The position numbers and the translations under genes were made by a program. From a virus (taxonomy: Duplodnaviria > Caudoviricetes): a stretch of 64,000 nt of DNA. The notes under the pieces are model-generated. The model did no database searches. It was not told where the DNA came from and worked only from the letters and a program-made list of their open reading frames with translations. Below, piece by piece: positions 1 through 9,078 of the stretch. Positions within the stretch are counted from its first letter, which is position 1; every line of letters starts with the position of its first letter. The stretch is from positions 1-64,000 of IMG/VR virus record IMGVR_UViG_3300021255_003284; one strand, given 5' to 3'.

Positions 1-107
1 CGCAGACGGTTGACACCCCCTGCGGTTGTAGACGGCCGCAGACGGTTGACACCCCCTGCGGTTGTAGACGGCCGCAGACGGTTGACACCCCCTGCGGTTG
101 TAGACGG
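1..107. repeat. 36-bp tandem repeat, about 3 copies (may extend beyond the window edge)
   Basis: CGCAGACGGTTGACACCCCCTGCGGTTGTAGACGGC at 1-36 and 37-72, plus 73-107 (35/36); no spacers. Confidence 0.95.
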
Positions 108-573
108 ACACATAAACAAGACGACCGACACAGTGACCTTTACACTATAACAAAGGTTAGCTGATAAATTCAGCCGTCGCTGGTGCATGAGAGTTAGGCT
201 CATGGTTCGAGATAGTGAAAATCCCCAGAGTTAGGCCGAGTTAGATGTGAAATTAGGCCGCATATCGCCGAACATGCGATACCATAGTAGGCTATACGCA
301 AACACTTTGCGAGTACGCATATCCTGAACAATCTCCAAGGAGATATCGAACACCCATCCAAGGATGGGATCGGCTGGCTCTATGCGCATGAGCACTGTAA
401 CTAGCGCGAACAATGGCAGAGTAACGCCCATACACTCTATGGGCTTGCATAGGTAACCCGTCACATCCGACCGGAGCTCCTGCACATCGCAGGAGCTTCG
501 CCAGCATTAACCCGGCCTCCCAGTGGCGCTGGTGGATAACCAACCAACAGGGCATAAGATGAGGAGGGTTACC

Positions 574-1338
574 ATGGAAAACATTGCCATCATCAACCAG
601 AACATGAACAACACTCGCGCCATCGTCGAAGAACTCGTCAAGAAGTGGAATGAGTATCACGGTGACAAGGATCATCTCGATGACATGCCCGAGCTCGAAC
701 GCAAGATCAACACTCGCGTGTCCGAGTATAACACCCTCGCGCAGAAATGCGCTTTTGAGGAAGCCAAGGCGTCCGATGATCCCATGATCCATGCCTGCAC
801 GGTTCTGAGCTATGGCGTCATCGGTGTCAAGGACGAAAAGGTCGAGAACACCGACATCGTCGTCCGCAAGGTCGTTGACAAGGTTCAGCCCATCGATCTG
901 CTCGCCCTCGACAAGTACTGTTCTGGTATCGGCAAGGATCACGAATGGCTCATCAAGGTTGAGTCGTTCAACTATCGGCTGGCTCTCCGCGTCGCCGAGG
1001 ACATCAACGCGAAGAACATGGCCGAGCTCAAGGCTACCTATGCGGTGTCTGCCATCGCCAAAGAATACGACCTTGGCAAGAATCCAGTTTCCAACAAGAC
1101 CATGCTCGCGACCGTCCGCGCCATGGTTACCGCCATGATTGGTGAAGAGTACGCGCCCAAGGTTCTCTCGCATGACGTGAACTACCTCGTGCTGACCTAT
1201 TCGGGCAAGGATCGCAAGAGCCAGAACACCGTCAAGCTGGCGGATCATCGCGCGTTCCGCAATCTCATGGCTGAGATCTGTCACAACCTCATCACTGGCT
1301 GCGGCTATGCCGTCGCGTTCAAGGCGCGCCGCGGCTGA
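574..1338 (+). CDS. hypothetical phage protein
   Basis: Long ORF; GAGGAGG SD before ATG 574; terminator follows. Confidence 0.85.
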   Translation: MENIAIINQNMNNTRAIVEELVKKWNEYHGDKDHLDDMPELERKINTRVSEYNTLAQKCAFEEAKASDDPMIHACTVLSYGVIGVKDEKVENTDIVVRKVVDKVQPIDLLALDKYCSGIGKDHEWLIKVESFNYRLALRVAEDINAKNMAELKATYAVSAIAKEYDLGKNPVSNKTMLATVRAMVTAMIGEEYAPKVLSHDVNYLVLTYSGKDRKSQNTVKLADHRAFRNLMAEICHNLITGCGYAVAFKARRG

Positions 1339-1360
1339 GCCATCTCGGTTTCGCCCATTA

Positions 1361-1405
1361 CGGCCCCGGCCATCGCGGCCGGGGTCTTGTCCGGTTTTCC
1401 CTTTT
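1361..1405 (+). terminator. Rho-independent terminator
   Basis: GGCCCCGGCC-ATCGC-GGCCGGGGTC hairpin followed by T-rich tail. Confidence 0.6.
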
Positions 1406-1463
1406 GAGCAACCGCTGATCAATGCGGTTATTCAGAACAGAAAATCGAAAAGGAGTGTGCGCA

Positions 1464-1658
1464 ATGTCTTATCAGGTTTTTGTCAACAAGGTCAATGCCA
1501 TTGCCAACAAAACAGGTGATACGGCTCGGTTTTTCATCGACGACAAGGAGCGCTATATCGCTCAGTTCCCGAACAACACGCGCATCATCGCAAACGCTAC
1601 ATCGAGCCGCGTGACAGTCCTGTTCGGATCTGGTCATCAGGCCATGGCAGATATCTGA
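1464..1658 (+). CDS. small hypothetical early protein
   Basis: AAAGGAG SD, ATG 1464. Confidence 0.7.
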   Translation: MSYQVFVNKVNAIANKTGDTARFFIDDKERYIAQFPNNTRIIANATSSRVTVLFGSGHQAMADI

Positions 1659-1738
1659 TCAGCAAGGGTTTTCACCCTGCGTCAAGCCAGGGTTTTTGAG
1701 ATTCAATAAGCAAGGGTTTTTCGGATGGAGGTTCAGTT

Positions 1739-1975
1739 ATGAAACGCCATATTCCGCACAACCATTATATTCAAGCCACATTCACCCACGCCAACACAAC
1801 ATCGGTTTCTCAGTATACCGTGGGTATTCTACAATCTCTGATTGCCAACCCAGCATGCACCGAGGTTATCGACCTTGAGACAGGCGACATATATGTCTGG
1901 GTTTCTCAGTCCGGAGAGCGCCGGGTTTCCTGGCAGGGAGCCATCTGCGCGCGCAATAATCGCCACGTCCGCTGA
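1739..1975 (+). CDS. small hypothetical protein (EVIDLETG motif, resembles 2937-3143)
   Basis: GGAGG SD; shares EVID-x-x-TG-(D/E) with EIADADTGEV. Confidence 0.7.
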   Translation: MKRHIPHNHYIQATFTHANTTSVSQYTVGILQSLIANPACTEVIDLETGDIYVWVSQSGERRVSWQGAICARNNRHVR

Positions 1976-2017
1976 ATAAGCGAGGGTTTTCCAATCACAA
2001 CAAAGGAGGGTTTTTTC

Positions 2018-2275
2018 ATGCCGACCATGTCGATCTTCGCAGTATATCTGCGCGATTCAGAGGGTACTTGCTATCCTCTCGGGGTTTATCAGTCCTTGGA
2101 GCTCGCCGAGGGGTTGGCAACCAATGACATGCCTTGGCTTCCCGCCGAACTCGAGCCCGTCCCCGATGATGATTGGGTTTTCGACCCCAGCGACTGGCGT
2201 CACACGTACACCTTCACCTATGATGGCAGGGTTTTTGCCATCGTCATCCGCGAGACCTCTATCACTATGAACTAA
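2018..2275 (+). CDS. small hypothetical protein
   Basis: AAAGGAGG SD. Confidence 0.75.
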   Translation: MPTMSIFAVYLRDSEGTCYPLGVYQSLELAEGLATNDMPWLPAELEPVPDDDWVFDPSDWRHTYTFTYDGRVFAIVIRETSITMN

Positions 2276-2288
2276 GGAGGGTTTTTGA

Positions 2289-2591
2289 ATGTTCCGAGCC
2301 ATCCGTTACGCCAGCGACGACATCGAAGACGATGTCGTTTTTGACGACATCCCGGGTTTTGAAGCGGCCCGGGAAATCCAGCGGCTCGATAAAGAGCTGG
2401 TTTCTCAGATCCTCAATGATATCGATTATCAGGCCAGGGTTATCAAGTCCCTGGTTTTTGATTACCTCGCCGACTGGGGCGAGGAATACAACGATATCGA
2501 GCACGACTTCGCGCTCGAGCAGCTCGAATGGGCGGAAGAGGAAATTGCCAAGCTGATCAGGGATATCGACATAATACTCATGGGTTTTTGA
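2289..2591 (+). CDS. acidic hypothetical protein
   Basis: AAGGAGG SD; D/E-rich. Confidence 0.75.
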   Translation: MFRAIRYASDDIEDDVVFDDIPGFEAAREIQRLDKELVSQILNDIDYQARVIKSLVFDYLADWGEEYNDIEHDFALEQLEWAEEEIAKLIRDIDIILMGF

Positions 2592-2616
2592 TTTTGACAA
2601 AGGAGGGTTTTCCAAA

Positions 2617-2889
2617 ATGGCATCCGCTCATCTCAGGGATTCCGACAACTGGTTTGATATCTGGTTTTCAGATAAACAGTCCATGCTCGGCACCATGAAC
2701 AGCAACATGCTTTCCGACCTCGAGGCCGGGTATTCGCCGAATGGGTCGACTATCTGCCACCAGCTCGAGATCATCGTCGAGTATCGCCGGGTTTTAGAGT
2801 CAGAGCTCGATTCATTCAAGACCATGACCGAGCCCGAGGTTAACCGCTGGTGCTTTTACGACATGAAAAAGCGCGGGGTTATCGAGTAA
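2617..2889 (+). CDS. hypothetical protein
   Basis: AAAGGAGG SD. Confidence 0.75.
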   Translation: MASAHLRDSDNWFDIWFSDKQSMLGTMNSNMLSDLEAGYSPNGSTICHQLEIIVEYRRVLESELDSFKTMTEPEVNRWCFYDMKKRGVIE

Positions 2890-2936
2890 CCATGACAATC
2901 CCGGGTTTCCCATATCAGCAAAGGAGGGTTTTTGAA

Positions 2937-3143
2937 ATGACCAAGCGCCTCAAGGTCAAATACGTCGACGGTTACTATACGACCCTGCCCGCATCCGGCG
3001 CGGTTTTCCGGGAATGCTTCAAGTCTTCCCGGGTTATCGAGATTGCCGACGCCGATACCGGCGAGGTTTTTCTGACCCACCGCCCGAACAACAGCCCCAT
3101 CGTGGGCGACAGGGCAATCGATATGTACTTCGCGGCCAACTGA
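2937..3143 (+). CDS. small hypothetical protein
   Basis: AAAGGAGG SD before ATG 2937. Confidence 0.7.
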   Translation: MTKRLKVKYVDGYYTTLPASGAVFRECFKSSRVIEIADADTGEVFLTHRPNNSPIVGDRAIDMYFAAN

Positions 3144-3315
3144 GAGGAGGGTTTTTGCGTGCCGGATTTCATTGCGATCATTATCATTCTGGTTTTGACG
3201 ACCGGGGTTTTTGGCGTAGCCTGCGTGATCGAACTGATCGTCGATCTGGTTTTCGACGCGCAGAATCCGCCGCGCCGAGTGACCTCGCACTACAACAGGT
3301 AAGGAGGGTTTTCAA

Positions 3316-3513
3316 ATGCTCGATGATGTTCAGGCCTTGGCCATGAAGATCAGGTTATCTGATACCTGGGCTTTTGAAGATCTCGACAGGCTCTGCTGGT
3401 ACGCAGGCTTGTCGCAGGAATTCAGGGAAACGGTCGGGTCAGCCGGGTTATTGGCTGGCCGCCGCGTCGCGCTCGATGCCGCCGACATCCTCGGCGTTGA
3501 GATCATCATCTGA
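3316..3513 (+). CDS. small hypothetical protein
   Basis: AAGGAGG SD. Confidence 0.7.
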   Translation: MLDDVQALAMKIRLSDTWAFEDLDRLCWYAGLSQEFRETVGSAGLLAGRRVALDAADILGVEIII

Positions 3514-3527
3514 GGAGGGTTTCTGCC

Positions 3528-3803
3528 ATGAACAAAGCCGACCTGGTTTTTCGATTATGCGACGCCACGGGTGTTGCGGCGAGCACGGTTTCCCGTATCG
3601 TCGACGAGCTGACCCGCCAGGTTTCTGAGTCGCTCAAGGCGGGCGACACGCTGACCATTCGCGGTTTCGGGTCTTTTCGCCCGGTCCACCGCACGGCGCG
3701 GGTTTTGCGAACGCCCGATGGCAGTCAGGTTTTCATCCCGGCGAGGGTAACGCCGGTTTTCAAGGCGAGCGATCAGCTCGTAAAGCGTATCAATGACAAG
3801 TGA
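3528..3803 (+). CDS. hup: HU/IHF-family DNA-binding protein
   Basis: MNKADLV...LKAGDTLTIRGFGSF...RTP...IPARVTPVFKASDQL matches the HU signature. Confidence 0.9.
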   Translation: MNKADLVFRLCDATGVAASTVSRIVDELTRQVSESLKAGDTLTIRGFGSFRPVHRTARVLRTPDGSQVFIPARVTPVFKASDQLVKRINDK

Positions 3804-3812
3804 GGAGGGCTT

Positions 3813-4394
3813 TTGACGATGGACGTCAGGACTTATGTAACCCCAGAAACCGCGTTCGACGCGGTCATTTCCGAGGCCATCAACGGCAACTATGAGACCC
3901 TGCTGGGTTTCTCGACCGACGCGGGCATCGCGGTCTACGGCACGTATGACGGCGACGACGTGACCATTGAGGTTTACGCTGACGACCGCTGCATCTACAC
4001 CGAGCCGGTATTCGACAAAGAGGATTCAGTCGAGACCGTGACCCGGGTTTTCAATCAGTTCCTGACCGAGCAAATTTATTCGTACGTCGAGGAGCTCGAC
4101 CCGTACGCCATCCCGGATGACGAGCCTGACGAGTACGAGCTGTCCGATGACGAGACCGAGCGCGTCGCGGACCGGGAATTTGAGCTGGACATGGCTTTCG
4201 AGTCCATGCTCATGACGGTCATTGGCGTCGATGATCCGGATGAGATCCCGGGTTTCGCGGATATCCGCGAGGAAATCAAGGACATGGTCCTTGACACGAT
4301 CCAGCACGACTACGGCATCGACGTGTTCCGCCCGACCATCACGACCGACGCCTCCGGTATCGAGCGCGTGGTCGACTATCCCTACGCTTCCTGA
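3813..4394 (+). CDS. acidic hypothetical protein
   Basis: 193-aa ORF with SD, very D/E-rich. Confidence 0.8.
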   Translation: MTMDVRTYVTPETAFDAVISEAINGNYETLLGFSTDAGIAVYGTYDGDDVTIEVYADDRCIYTEPVFDKEDSVETVTRVFNQFLTEQIYSYVEELDPYAIPDDEPDEYELSDDETERVADREFELDMAFESMLMTVIGVDDPDEIPGFADIREEIKDMVLDTIQHDYGIDVFRPTITTDASGIERVVDYPYAS

Positions 4395-4477
4395 ATCCAG
4401 GGTTTCTGATCCGATCCACACCGGCAATCACGCCGGTTGGAAATACATCTTCTCTACATTATAGGAGGGTTTTCACT

Positions 4478-4882
4478 ATGTCCAAGATCACCATCGCTGG
4501 CAACGCCGTCATCGTCACCGCCGAGACCAAGCTGACTGACCTGCAGAAGATCCAGCGCTACAACCCCAAGGCCCTGACCCTGATGGGCGGCGAGGACAAC
4601 AAGGAGCCGGTTTTCCGCGTCGTGGTGACGCCCGGCGTGTCCGGCAGCATCGACAGCTTCGGCGCGGAATTCGGCGCGGCGACGCGTGACGAGTCCGCCA
4701 AGGCCACGATGACCATGGCCCTGCCGGCCGAGGCGGGCGACGACGTGGTCGGGTATGTGGCCGACAAGCTGGGCGCGGCCATCACTGCGCTGAACAAGCT
4801 CGAGGCCGGGTTCCCGGCGGTCCTGCAGCAGATCGACGCCGACCGCGCCGCGGTCATGGCGAACATCACCGTCCTGGGCTGA
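4478..4882 (+). CDS. hypothetical protein at the head of the Ubl cluster
   Basis: AGGAGG SD, strong codon bias. Confidence 0.85.
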   Translation: MSKITIAGNAVIVTAETKLTDLQKIQRYNPKALTLMGGEDNKEPVFRVVVTPGVSGSIDSFGAEFGAATRDESAKATMTMALPAEAGDDVVGYVADKLGAAITALNKLEAGFPAVLQQIDADRAAVMANITVLG

Positions 4883-4903
4883 TCGGGTTTCAGCCGCGAC
4901 CCT

Positions 4904-4933
4904 GACCCCGCGGGGTTTCCCGCGGGGTCTTTC
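4904..4933 (+). terminator. Rho-independent terminator
   Basis: GACCCCGCGGG-GTTT-CCCGCGGGGTC then TTTC. Confidence 0.7.
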
Positions 4934-5004
4934 TGACCGCACCGCTGTGGTGGTGGAACATAACGACCCTGACCGCGCTCCTGTGGGGGCGGAACTCATC
5001 GACC
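4933..5004 (+). repeat. two tandem 36-nt units, each with a TGTG-loop hairpin
   Basis: CTGACCG-[CACCGC TGTG GTGGTG]-GAAC..CGACC and CTGACCG-[CGCTCC TGTG GGGGCG]-GAAC..CGACC. Confidence 0.75.
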
Positions 5005-5055
5005 AGTCCGGTTTCTGAAAAACATTACGATCGGGTTTTAGAGGAGGATTTCATT

Positions 5056-5289
5056 ATGATTAAGGTTACTGTCGGCAACAACGTCACCCGCAACACCGTG
5101 ATCATCACCGAGAACACCACCGTCCGCGAGGTCCTGGAGAACAACGGCGTTTCCACGCAGACCGGTTCGCTGATGCTGTCCGGCGCGGTCCTCACGCCCG
5201 ATCAGGTCGACATGACCTTCGCCGACCTGGGTTTCCGCGGTGAGGCTTCCGCCACGCTGTACAACGTCGCCAAGCGCGACAACGCCTGA
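5056..5289 (+). CDS. ubiquitin-like (beta-grasp) small protein
   Basis: 77 aa; IKVTV..NTVII..TTVREVLENNGV..LML SGAVL..MTFADLG pattern; lies upstream of E2/JAB/E1; ends KRDNA. Confidence 0.6.
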   Translation: MIKVTVGNNVTRNTVIITENTTVREVLENNGVSTQTGSLMLSGAVLTPDQVDMTFADLGFRGEASATLYNVAKRDNA

Positions 5290-5307
5290 GGTTTTCCCGG
5301 TCTTTTC

Positions 5308-5362
5308 GGGATGGAGCCATGGCCCGTATCGCGGCCGGTTTCAAGGCTCCATCCCGGTTTTG
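5308..5362 (+). terminator. hairpin/terminator after the Ubl gene
   Basis: CGGGATGGAGCC...GGCTCCATCCCG followed by GTTTTGTT. Confidence 0.55.
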
Positions 5363-5459
5363 TTGGAAAATCAGATTCCCTGAATCGCCCGTGACGCGGG
5401 CTTTTCAGGGGATTTGATGAGATACATCTTATGTTCCCTAAGAAAGGAGTGCAGGGGTT

Positions 5460-6926
5460 TTGTTCAAGACGGCAATTACGAGCACGCCGTACACCACGGC
5501 GGCGGCTGACGGGTACTTCCACAGGATCGCCATTGAGGGCATGCCGTTGTACGGCGACATGTCCATCGTCGCCACGCTGCGGGCGCTTCTGTATAAGCGC
5601 ATGCCGGCCGAGGCGACGCTCTCAGTTTACCACGGGCTTTTGACGCCGCTCTCCGGTACGAGCGGGCTGACCGAGCGGTATCTCAGCCGGTTCATCAACT
5701 TCGCGTTCGGCGGCGGCAGCCAGAACCAGACGGCCCTGTCCATCTACAACGCGAGCTTTGAGCTCGCGAAGGAAACCCTCGACTACATGCACGAAAACCT
5801 GCACCGGGTCTGCCCGGGTTTCCATGAGATCGAAAAGGTCAACGCATTCTACAAAAAGGTTTTCGAGGTGAGGTGTTTCGTCAATGAGGACTCAGGCCAG
5901 TCCGTCCTCATCGTCGACCACCTGAACCTGCCGAAGTACCACCTCCTGCAGTCCGGCATTCTCGCGTATATCCCGTGGTTTTTCAAGCTCGAAGACGGGA
6001 TCACGGATGACGAGCGCGCCCTGCTCGAGTCCCTGCGCAAGCCCGATCCCGCCGACTATCTCAAAATCCTCGCCCGCATGGTCGGGTCTGTCGACCTGCG
6101 GTCCGAATTCATCCGGTCGTCGCTCGACGGTTTTGAGGATTCGCTCACGCAGGAAGAGCTGAACGCCGCCGAGAGAAACATGAACGACATCAATCAGGAG
6201 CTCGACCGCCTCAATGCGGAATTCGCCCGCATCCTGACGAAGAAGCGCCATTACGAGGCGCTGATGAACGGGCTTATGAACCCGTCAGTCCACCGCGAAT
6301 CCGCGCTGATGGAGTATTTCCTCGGCAATAAGAACCTGATCCTCAGGAGCTTTACGAACGACAATCTGGTTTTCTCTGTCCTCGCTGACCTCCAGTTCTT
6401 TGACGAGGACGCCATCGAAGAGTATCTCGGCAACCCGCGCTCGATCATCTACCTGCCGCGCGGCAGATCGTGCGAGAACATCATCCCGCACGATGACATG
6501 CGCCGGCTTTTCAGCGCGGTTTTCATCGATCGCAGGGTCAAGGTCAAGTTGTGCGCCACGTATTCCCTGTCCACGCACGGCCGGGTCGCCGGCCTCAGCG
6601 GCCAGGTTTACGGCCAGGAGTACGACGGCCGGATGCCCAACCCGCACATCAACAGCTATTCGTGCCTCGGCGATTACGCCCCGGCAATCCAGGCTTTCGT
6701 CGACCATTACGATTATGTCGGCGCGGTGAACCAGTGCGAGGCGTCGTGCCGGTCGATCAATGTGAATGAGCATGCCACGATGTCTGTTTTTATGGACGGG
6801 GTTTATGGTATCAACGGCGTCGTGCCGTTCCGGTGTTTCGAACTGCCGGACGGTCGGATTTTGACAGCCAAGGGAGCGGCCGCCGCGCTGCGTGAGATCG
6901 ATGGGGTAGAGGAGGAGTGCGCGTGA
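5460..6926 (+). CDS. coiled-coil protein with putative C-terminal prokaryotic E2-like domain
   Basis: PNPHINSYSCLG resembles the E2 (H)PN/H...CL active-site motif; central coiled coil; gene context. Confidence 0.55.
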   Translation: MFKTAITSTPYTTAAADGYFHRIAIEGMPLYGDMSIVATLRALLYKRMPAEATLSVYHGLLTPLSGTSGLTERYLSRFINFAFGGGSQNQTALSIYNASFELAKETLDYMHENLHRVCPGFHEIEKVNAFYKKVFEVRCFVNEDSGQSVLIVDHLNLPKYHLLQSGILAYIPWFFKLEDGITDDERALLESLRKPDPADYLKILARMVGSVDLRSEFIRSSLDGFEDSLTQEELNAAERNMNDINQELDRLNAEFARILTKKRHYEALMNGLMNPSVHRESALMEYFLGNKNLILRSFTNDNLVFSVLADLQFFDEDAIEEYLGNPRSIIYLPRGRSCENIIPHDDMRRLFSAVFIDRRVKVKLCATYSLSTHGRVAGLSGQVYGQEYDGRMPNPHINSYSCLGDYAPAIQAFVDHYDYVGAVNQCEASCRSINVNEHATMSVFMDGVYGINGVVPFRCFELPDGRILTAKGAAAALREIDGVEEECA

Positions 6927-7732
6927 GCAAGTTTATCAAACTGACCGCCGAAGCGGTCGCGTCCGCGGTTGCGGATTTTGAGAAGTACATCCGGGATTTC
7001 AAGATGTCCGACGGCAAGGTGTCATTCACCAAGGACATCGCCAGCAAGAACGCCCGGGCCAAACTCTGGTTCACGCCCGAGGCGTGGGTCAAGACCCAGC
7101 TGCTCGTCCAGTCGTTCGACAGCGAGATCGCGTGGCACGGCATTTGCGTCCGGAGCGAGGTGCCCGGGGAATTCCTGATTTCTGACGTTCTGGTTTATCC
7201 TCAGACCGTCACCGGCGCGACGGTGACCACCGACCAGAAGGGTTATCAGGACTGGCTCATGTCCCAGCCGGACGAGGTTTTCCAGAACCTCCGCATGCAG
7301 GGTCACAGCCACGTCAACATGGGTGTTTCGCCCTCGTCGGTCGACATCAACGACGAAAAGGCGACGCTTTCCCAGCTCACGGACGACATGTTCTATGTGT
7401 TCCTCATCCACAACAAGCGCGGCGACATCACGGTGCGGATCTTCGACCTCAGGGAAAACACGCTCTACGAGACGGCGGATGTGGATGTCGGCGTCGTCGG
7501 TATCGACATGAACGGGTTTTTGTCCTCGGCTAAGGGTGCGGTCAGTACAGCGCCGGTCCGTCCCGTGACTGCGCAACCGGCCTCCGCCGCGCCCGCTTCG
7601 GCATGGCTTCCGAAAAAGCCCGCCAAGGAAAAGCCCGCCGAGAAGAGGGCGGTCAAAAAGTACCCGCTCTCGTGGGCGGACCTCGACGACGACGAGTCCC
7701 CGTACGGCTATTCCTACTATCCCGGTTTTTAA
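6923..7732 (+). CDS. JAB/MPN+ metallo-isopeptidase
   Basis: Upstream Glu (DSEIAW) plus exact HxH-x7-S-x2-D (HSHVNMGVSPSSVD). Confidence 0.85.
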   Translation: MSKFIKLTAEAVASAVADFEKYIRDFKMSDGKVSFTKDIASKNARAKLWFTPEAWVKTQLLVQSFDSEIAWHGICVRSEVPGEFLISDVLVYPQTVTGATVTTDQKGYQDWLMSQPDEVFQNLRMQGHSHVNMGVSPSSVDINDEKATLSQLTDDMFYVFLIHNKRGDITVRIFDLRENTLYETADVDVGVVGIDMNGFLSSAKGAVSTAPVRPVTAQPASAAPASAWLPKKPAKEKPAEKRAVKKYPLSWADLDDDESPYGYSYYPGF

Positions 7733-7744
7733 GGAGGGTTTGTC

Positions 7745-8368
7745 ATGACCAGACAGGAATTCATCGATGACATCACTTACATCGGCGATCTCGTAAGGTT
7801 CTGCGACGACGTCGGCTGCGACATCTGCGGAGGGGTTTACGACGACGAAGCGCGAGACGACTACCTCGACCAACAGGTTTGCGATTGGGCTCACGACGAA
7901 GCGTGGTACGAACTCCGCGACATGCTCGACAACATCCCGACCGGGTACGACTGGTGGATCATCAATGACTACGGCGACTGGAATGGCATCGACGACGACG
8001 AGTTCGATCGCCTCAAGGACGACGTGCTCGACTGGGCCGACGAGCGCGGGGTTTTCGAGGACGATGACGATGACGACGAGGATCACACCATCCCGAACGC
8101 GGCCTACCGCGGTCCCGGGTACGAGCAGGAGACCGTCGCGTATGACCCCGACGCCGGCGACGGCAATGACTGCGCGGTTTTCGAGTTCGATGGTTCCGAC
8201 CTGATCAGCCCGGTGCGCATCGATCAGGTCGAGTGCGATGACGAGCTCGTCGGCGAGAACGGCGTGGAGTACGAGGTCGAGACCGAGATAACCCTGCGCT
8301 GGGTCCCGCCTGTTCAGTCTGATCCGGATCTCGCCCCGCTGGAATCGGCCGTCGGCATTCTTCTCTGA
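7745..8368 (+). CDS. highly acidic hypothetical protein
   Basis: 207 aa, poly-Asp tracts, CxxC near N-terminus, SD. Confidence 0.8.
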   Translation: MTRQEFIDDITYIGDLVRFCDDVGCDICGGVYDDEARDDYLDQQVCDWAHDEAWYELRDMLDNIPTGYDWWIINDYGDWNGIDDDEFDRLKDDVLDWADERGVFEDDDDDDEDHTIPNAAYRGPGYEQETVAYDPDAGDGNDCAVFEFDGSDLISPVRIDQVECDDELVGENGVEYEVETEITLRWVPPVQSDPDLAPLESAVGILL

Positions 8369-8388
8369 TAAACGAAGGGAGTGGGTTT

Positions 8389-9063
8389 ATGAATCTGTCC
8401 AAGTCCTACGAGTTTTTCAAACCCGAGTCGCTCGACGCCCGCGTCCACATCATCGGGTGCGGGTCTGTCGGGTCTACCATCGCCGAGAATCTCGCCCGGT
8501 GCGGTGTCACGAAGATGACGCTGTACGACTTTGACAAGGTCGAGGCGCACAACGTGCACAACCAGATGTTCCGCGCCTGCGACATCGGCAAGCCCAAGGT
8601 CGAGGCGCTCAAGGACATCCTGACCGAGATCAACCCGGAAATCGGGAACGACTTGGTTCTTCGGCCCAAGGGCTGGACGGGACAGATCGTGTCCGGCATC
8701 ATCGTGCTGGCGGTCGATTCGATCGAGCTGCGCCGTCAGATCGTCGAGGCGCACATGGACAGCGTGTTCGTTCGCGCGGTTTTCGACGTCCGGACAGGGC
8801 TTACCGACGCCCAGCACTTCGCCGCCAACTGGTCTGACCCGGCTTCCAAACACAACCTCCTCCAGTCGATGCAGTTTTCCCACGACGAGGCCACGGTTGA
8901 AACGCCGGTTTCCGCCTGCGGCGTCACGCTCGGCGTGGTCACCACGGTCAGGCTGATCTGCGCGCTGTGCGTGAACAACATGATCGCGTTCGCCAAGGGC
9001 GAGGGACTCAAGAAGTTTATCCAGATCGACGGTTTTTCATTCCTGCTCGACGCGTTCTCCTGA
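8389..9063 (+). CDS. ThiF/MoeB/E1-family adenylyltransferase
   Basis: IIGCGSVGS, YDFDKVEAHNVHNQ, KPKVEAL, AVDSIELR; candidate catalytic Cys in VSACG. Confidence 0.9.
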   Translation: MNLSKSYEFFKPESLDARVHIIGCGSVGSTIAENLARCGVTKMTLYDFDKVEAHNVHNQMFRACDIGKPKVEALKDILTEINPEIGNDLVLRPKGWTGQIVSGIIVLAVDSIELRRQIVEAHMDSVFVRAVFDVRTGLTDAQHFAANWSDPASKHNLLQSMQFSHDEATVETPVSACGVTLGVVTTVRLICALCVNNMIAFAKGEGLKKFIQIDGFSFLLDAFS

Positions 9064-9078
9064 CATGACACGTTTGAT

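Noticed and set aside
1-107. CRISPR array (36-bp repeats)
   Set aside because: Repeats are directly adjacent with no spacers; no cas genes
108-520. Possible fifth ncRNA unit or tRNA
   Set aside because: Contains hairpins (e.g. 472-500) but lacks the TTCGCTGTCAGCG core and any cloverleaf
292-1422. Long minus-strand ORFs (also 7022-8086, 20756-21841, 26036-27304, 39870-40952)
   Set aside because: Antisense shadows of GC3-rich plus-strand genes; no motifs or SDs
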